Origin: a virus
Direction: 5' to 3' (one strand)
Length of the DNA stretch: 64,000 nucleotides
IMG/VR virus record: IMGVR_UViG_3300039208_000165
Location: 2,356 to 66,355 of that record
Part shown: piece by piece, positions 59,987-64,000 of the stretch
Position numbering within the stretch: the first letter of the stretch is position 1
Layout: each line of letters starts with the position of its first letter
Made by a program: the position numbers and the translations under genes
Notes under the pieces: generated by a model
What the model was told of the DNA's origin: nothing
What the model saw: only the letters and a program-made list of their open reading frames with translations
Database searches by the model: none

Positions 59987-61618
59987 TTAACTAAAGTCGA
60001 AGAACATTCGGTAATTGATCGTGGAATTAGCTCCAGTCTCATTAGCTCCGAGCTTAATGGCCAACCAGATAAAGTCACTCACCAGGCCTCCCTGGTAATT
60101 ACCGATATCCTCGGCGTTGTCTGCGGAATTGACCACAGGAAGGTCCTGACGGGTAGCATAAAGATAATTCGGTGGGGTATCCGAATCGATGTCCGTTGCA
60201 AGGATTCTACCCTGACCGACAGAGTCTACCGGGAACTCTTCCTGGTTGTTAGCGGTAGGACCACTACCGGGGGCGGACTGACCACCACCGGCCGTTCCAA
60301 AGTGGAACTCGGTGTCGTTATCTCCCTGGTCATGGTGCTGGAAAGTACCATCACTCTGGAGACTGAACTTAACCGTCGACATGGACACAGCACCCGCAAT
60401 GATCTCGAACCAAACGGTTCGAACAGGGCTGTTAGTGGAAACCGTAACGTTACCGAAGTTGAGCTGGGTAACAGGCTCCTCTGCGGGCTGAGGGCCGCGG
60501 GCCATGATTCCAAAAGTCTCACCTGCCGAGAATGTGCCAGTATTCTCAAAGGAAACCGTAACACCGCGGGTACCTACCTGCTCCGGAGAGACAGTGCTGG
60601 TAGCCTTAGGAGAAATACTGAATGCCTTTGAGGAATCACCAAGCCAAGAATCCCAAATGTAAGTAGCGGTGCCTGGGGTACCGTTAACGGTACTGGCTCC
60701 GGAACACACAACCTGGAACTGATCATTGTTACCAAAAACCGCATCCTGGAACTTCATACGAAGTCCTAGGGTTCCGATGTCGTAGTAGTGATCGGGATAT
60801 AGAAGCTCGATCGGACCACCGTTGTCAGTGACGGGGGAGGACGTCCAGCTGATCTGAGGCACGTTAGTAGAACCTGCGCCCATGGTGGAACCATTTGTGG
60901 TATCGATTACCAGACTGTAGGTGGTATCAGTCTGAGAAGCGTGATGATAAAGACCGCCCGTCTGGATGTTACCTACGTTATACGTAGGGGAACCAACCGC
61001 AGTAGGGGGACCAACCACCTCGTTATCGGAAATTAGAAGTGTGTAGAAATCATCGAACTGACCGCCGTAGGTACCAGAAACCTCAACGCTTCCAGTATAC
61101 CCACCGGGGTACAGGGTACTAAAGTCGTTACCGGCCTGGGTGGACTGAGTGTCCCACCCCAGAGTAGCACGAGCATCTCGGGAACCTGGGGACGCCACCG
61201 ATACAAAGTTGTTGGTGGAGTTGTTTCCCAGCTTACCAGTATAAAGAATGAAAGAGTTCTCGTTGTTAGAACCCACGGGGGAAACTCCGTTGTTTCCATT
61301 TCGCCAGTTACACTGGGCGAATCTAAAGGAATCGTCGGAATTAGCTTCGTGGACACGAAACTCAATGTCCCTCGCTACGAAGCGAGGATCTAGATCGGTA
61401 CCAGACGAGAGGGTAATTACCTCCGGCCCGACACCATTGATGGTGATCTGCAACTGATCATTAACTTCCTTCGTGATGGTGAACGAATCGTCACCGGCAC
61501 CTAGATTGGTACCACGACTGAATCCGCGGCTTCCTTTTGCTTCGGAATCCGTTGAGACGCCTGTCGCGAAGGTCTGTGCAGTCACATCGAATCTGACGAA
61601 TCTGCTTACAGCAACCAT
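59987..61618 (-). CDS. Virion structural protein (543 aa), Gly/Thr/Ser-rich, beta-rich
   Basis: GGAGG SD; internal repeats (YDIGTLGLRMKF / QVGTRGVTVSF); C-terminal FIWLAIKL...YRMFF strand pair. Confidence 0.7.
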   Translation of the reverse strand: MVAVSRFVRFDVTAQTFATGVSTDSEAKGSRGFSRGTNLGAGDDSFTITKEVNDQLQITINGVGPEVITLSSGTDLDPRFVARDIEFRVHEANSDDSFRFAQCNWRNGNNGVSPVGSNNENSFILYTGKLGNNSTNNFVSVASPGSRDARATLGWDTQSTQAGNDFSTLYPGGYTGSVEVSGTYGGQFDDFYTLLISDNEVVGPPTAVGSPTYNVGNIQTGGLYHHASQTDTTYSLVIDTTNGSTMGAGSTNVPQISWTSSPVTDNGGPIELLYPDHYYDIGTLGLRMKFQDAVFGNNDQFQVVCSGASTVNGTPGTATYIWDSWLGDSSKAFSISPKATSTVSPEQVGTRGVTVSFENTGTFSAGETFGIMARGPQPAEEPVTQLNFGNVTVSTNSPVRTVWFEIIAGAVSMSTVKFSLQSDGTFQHHDQGDNDTEFHFGTAGGGQSAPGSGPTANNQEEFPVDSVGQGRILATDIDSDTPPNYLYATRQDLPVVNSADNAEDIGNYQGGLVSDFIWLAIKLGANETGANSTINYRMFFDFS

Positions 61619-61633
61619 AATTGGTTATCCTCC

Positions 61634-64000
61634 TTAATTTGGCTTATCCTCAATAGTAAAGGTATGTGTGAAACTGAGTTGATTACCTTCATTGTCCGCA
61701 ACTTCAACTTCCAGAACTATTGTCTTGCCGTACTCAAAGATAGTGTTTAGTGAATTCAGATAGGCGGGGAGATCCGCCGTCTGGATATTGGATACAAGGC
61801 TCGCACCGAGATCAGAACTATTCTGATGCTCGGTCAAGAACCTATAGAAAAGGCTTCCTTGGTTAAAGTTCTTTCCGAAGTTTAAGACCTCAGCAAGAAC
61901 CTGAACATTTGTAGTGTATGGGAAAACGGTCTCGGCCCCGGAACCAATTCCGGTAGAGCGGTTCCACCACTCTACATCATATCCGGGACGTAGGTTAAAA
62001 TTCTCTTCCTTGATTACCGGGAAAGGTCCTGGGAAATTGTTCTCAGCGTAAACATAAACATCCACATCCGTCCTAGGACCAATGTTCCCCGCCGCTGGGA
62101 ATGTATATATGACCTTGTCCGGCCCAGCACCACTAGTAGCGATAGTTAGTCCTGAGGGAACCACCCCGTTAGCAGTAACAAAGGAACCACTTACGTTAAC
62201 TCCATGAGTGAAATCCTCCACACATACCGAGATATCGGTACCCGACTCTACTAGGACAGATTGACCTGCCCCAATAGAGAAATTGGTAATGACCAGAGTG
62301 TCGTCTGGGGTTATGGTAAATTCGTAGCTCTTGCTCGCGAAATTACCAACGTAATCCTCAACCTCAATGGTACCAGTAACTGTCTGACCGAAAGTAAATC
62401 CACCGTCGGGGGTGTATATGTAGTCGAAGCCGCGTTGAGTATTGGCCACTCTTGAGAAGGAACCAACTACCGCCACGTCTTCATCTATCTTCAAAGCCCC
62501 ATTGATATAAAGCTTCAAAGTAGAAGGATCTACTCCAGAAGCATCGTCCGTAACACTCCAAGAGAGTTTGGTATTTGGAGACACCTGAGTATCTAGATCG
62601 TCCGGGTAGTCCAGAATAATAGAAGGCGGGGTACCGTCAGGAGATCCCGAGATAGTCGCATCTAGAGTACCAGATCCCAGAACCGTGAAGTTGTACTCTG
62701 TAATTGCCTGATTACTTACTGGGTCAGCTAGATCGGTCAGCTCTCCACTTACAGTAACCGTAGACTGCTGAGGGTAATCCGTGACGCGAATGAAGTCATA
62801 TCTAATATCACGGGCGCTGATTACAGTTCTATTTCCAGTAGGCCAAGTTGCGCTGGTCTCTACTGTACTGGCGTTAACTACTTGTACCCCATCGACCCAA
62901 ACGTCAATGTTGGTAGTGTCTAGGTCAGAGTGGGCGTCCTTAACGTGGAATCTAAGAATCCCGGCTGTGGGATTGAAGGATGTTCCTGAAGCAGGTGCCG
63001 TCTCGTCAAAGAAGGGAGGGGTCTGGTCAATTTGGGAAACATCATCGGATCCTGAAATTGTAAACGGTAGTTCCGTACCACTGGAAACCGGGGTGTTGGT
63101 CATAACATGCGCAAGATCCGTAGTCTTGAGCAGCTCAGTAGACGGAATAGACATGGTAACAGAAAGGTCGTCTACGTAAGTATTTGTGTCGTTAGAGTCG
63201 GAGGAATCTGTGACCCACCAAACGTCCAGTCTGTCAAAGTCGAATACTGCCTGGGAGGAATCTACTAGGAACTCTCGCAGGTAGGAATTGATTACGTCTT
63301 CCGTAGCGGGAAGCTGACGATTAACATTAGGTGTAGAATCTGGGAACTCGTCCGGCAGATTGGGGAATCCCTGAGAACCGAAATAGTATCTCAAATGATA
63401 AGTGGGATTACCGTTATTGTAAAATACCAGACTAAGCTGGTTACGTCTTTCCGATCCCCCGGTGTAGTCAAAGACCGCGCTCCAAGAGATACGCTTAACT
63501 GCTCGGGAAGAATAATCTCTACCAAATCTGATAGTCTGCTTGAAATAAGCAGAGTCAAAGTTTTGATTAGCCTTAACTATGTAAATCCAGTAGCGTCCGT
63601 CCGGGGGCAGTAAACCTCCCGGAATGCCGCCCTCGTTAAGACTGTCTTCCCGGACCTGAATAGAACCCCCGGTACCGACATCTGTGTCCCAAAAGGCAGT
63701 GTTCCCTGTCTCAAAAGAACCGTTGATAACTACGTTCTCATCAGCCAATTGATCAGAAGAGAACTCCTCACCCTTAGCTGAGATAACAATAGTTTCGCTA
63801 GGCAAAGCCCTAAGAGCCTCATACGTCCTTAGGAATGCTTGGCTGAACAGTAGGAATGGCTCTACTTCTGCTAAGTCTCTTTCTGTATTAGGATCGATCT
63901 CCGAAGGGGTAAAGAAGAAAGGAGACCTGTCAAAATCCTTCTCAATAGTAGACTTAGTCCCAAGAACACCTACAAAGTTCCTGTAATCTACAACCTCATC
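61634..64000 (-). CDS. Virion protein with CBM-like and two Ig-like domains (5' end outside the window)
   Basis: The frame is open from 64000 (DEVVDYRNFVG...YEALRALPSET), so the tracked TTG at 63805 is internal. Contains NGSFETG..FW (CBM4/9-like), two D.TPP...P...+.D..S.+D Ig-like units, and DLGAS/DLPAY repeats at the C-terminus. Confidence 0.75.
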   Translation of the reverse strand, partial: DEVVDYRNFVGVLGTKSTIEKDFDRSPFFFTPSEIDPNTERDLAEVEPFLLFSQAFLRTYEALRALPSETIVISAKGEEFSSDQLADENVVINGSFETGNTAFWDTDVGTGGSIQVREDSLNEGGIPGGLLPPDGRYWIYIVKANQNFDSAYFKQTIRFGRDYSSRAVKRISWSAVFDYTGGSERRNQLSLVFYNNGNPTYHLRYYFGSQGFPNLPDEFPDSTPNVNRQLPATEDVINSYLREFLVDSSQAVFDFDRLDVWWVTDSSDSNDTNTYVDDLSVTMSIPSTELLKTTDLAHVMTNTPVSSGTELPFTISGSDDVSQIDQTPPFFDETAPASGTSFNPTAGILRFHVKDAHSDLDTTNIDVWVDGVQVVNASTVETSATWPTGNRTVISARDIRYDFIRVTDYPQQSTVTVSGELTDLADPVSNQAITEYNFTVLGSGTLDATISGSPDGTPPSIILDYPDDLDTQVSPNTKLSWSVTDDASGVDPSTLKLYINGALKIDEDVAVVGSFSRVANTQRGFDYIYTPDGGFTFGQTVTGTIEVEDYVGNFASKSYEFTITPDDTLVITNFSIGAGQSVLVESGTDISVCVEDFTHGVNVSGSFVTANGVVPSGLTIATSGAGPDKVIYTFPAAGNIGPRTDVDVYVYAENNFPGPFPVIKEENFNLRPGYDVEWWNRSTGIGSGAETVFPYTTNVQVLAEVLNFGKNFNQGSLFYRFLTEHQNSSDLGASLVSNIQTADLPAYLNSLNTIFEYGKTIVLEVEVADNEGNQLSFTHTFTIEDKPN

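Noticed and set aside
63805-64000. Tracked TTG start at 63805 for the 723-aa ORF
   Set aside because: The frame stays open for 65 more codons to the window edge, so the real start lies outside the window.
1-64000. Alternative genetic code (stop-codon reassignment, seen in some large phages)
   Set aside because: Standard translation gives multi-kilobase ORFs that tile the strand, and TAA, TAG and TGA all end genes at coupled junctions.
1-64000. tRNA, rRNA or other structured ncRNA genes
   Set aside because: No intergenic gap exceeds ~85 nt once the 45-aa ORF is counted, and no cloverleaf or conserved RNA motif was seen.

Overview
This 64-kb window looks like a piece of a large (probably jumbo) tailed dsDNA bacteriophage genome. 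Every credible gene is on the minus strand, and genes are tightly packed and mostly translationally coupled. In transcription order (right to left) there are two modules. (1) ~64,000-10,831 is a very large virion-structural/adhesin module: 0.7-2.6 kaa proteins with Ig-like, galactose-binding/F5-8-like, LamG/ConA-like and C1q-like domains. It includes ~21 kb of tail-fibre-like genes built from a shared set of linker and domain modules, and a free-standing endonuclease-VII/HNH gene. (2) 10,747-1 is a replication/recombination operon behind a near-consensus sigma70 promoter: beta-clamp, RecA, a Vsr-like nuclease, a UvsY-like protein, DnaB, DnaG, a tandem-OB SSB, DnaJ, RuvC, a Cas4/RecB-like nuclease, an Hfq/Sm-like protein and a GT4-like glycosyltransferase cut by the window edge. 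The most notable observations are: a G7 tract that splits what looks like one ~1,885-aa fibre gene; a fully recoded ITPGD-stop duplication flanking the homing endonuclease; a pervasive x-S-G motif in virion proteins beside a phage glycosyltransferase; a phage Hfq-like protein; and a DnaJ lacking one C-terminal domain. All family assignments come from motif recognition by eye; no database search was run. No tRNA, rRNA, CRISPR array, integrase or DNA polymerase was seen.
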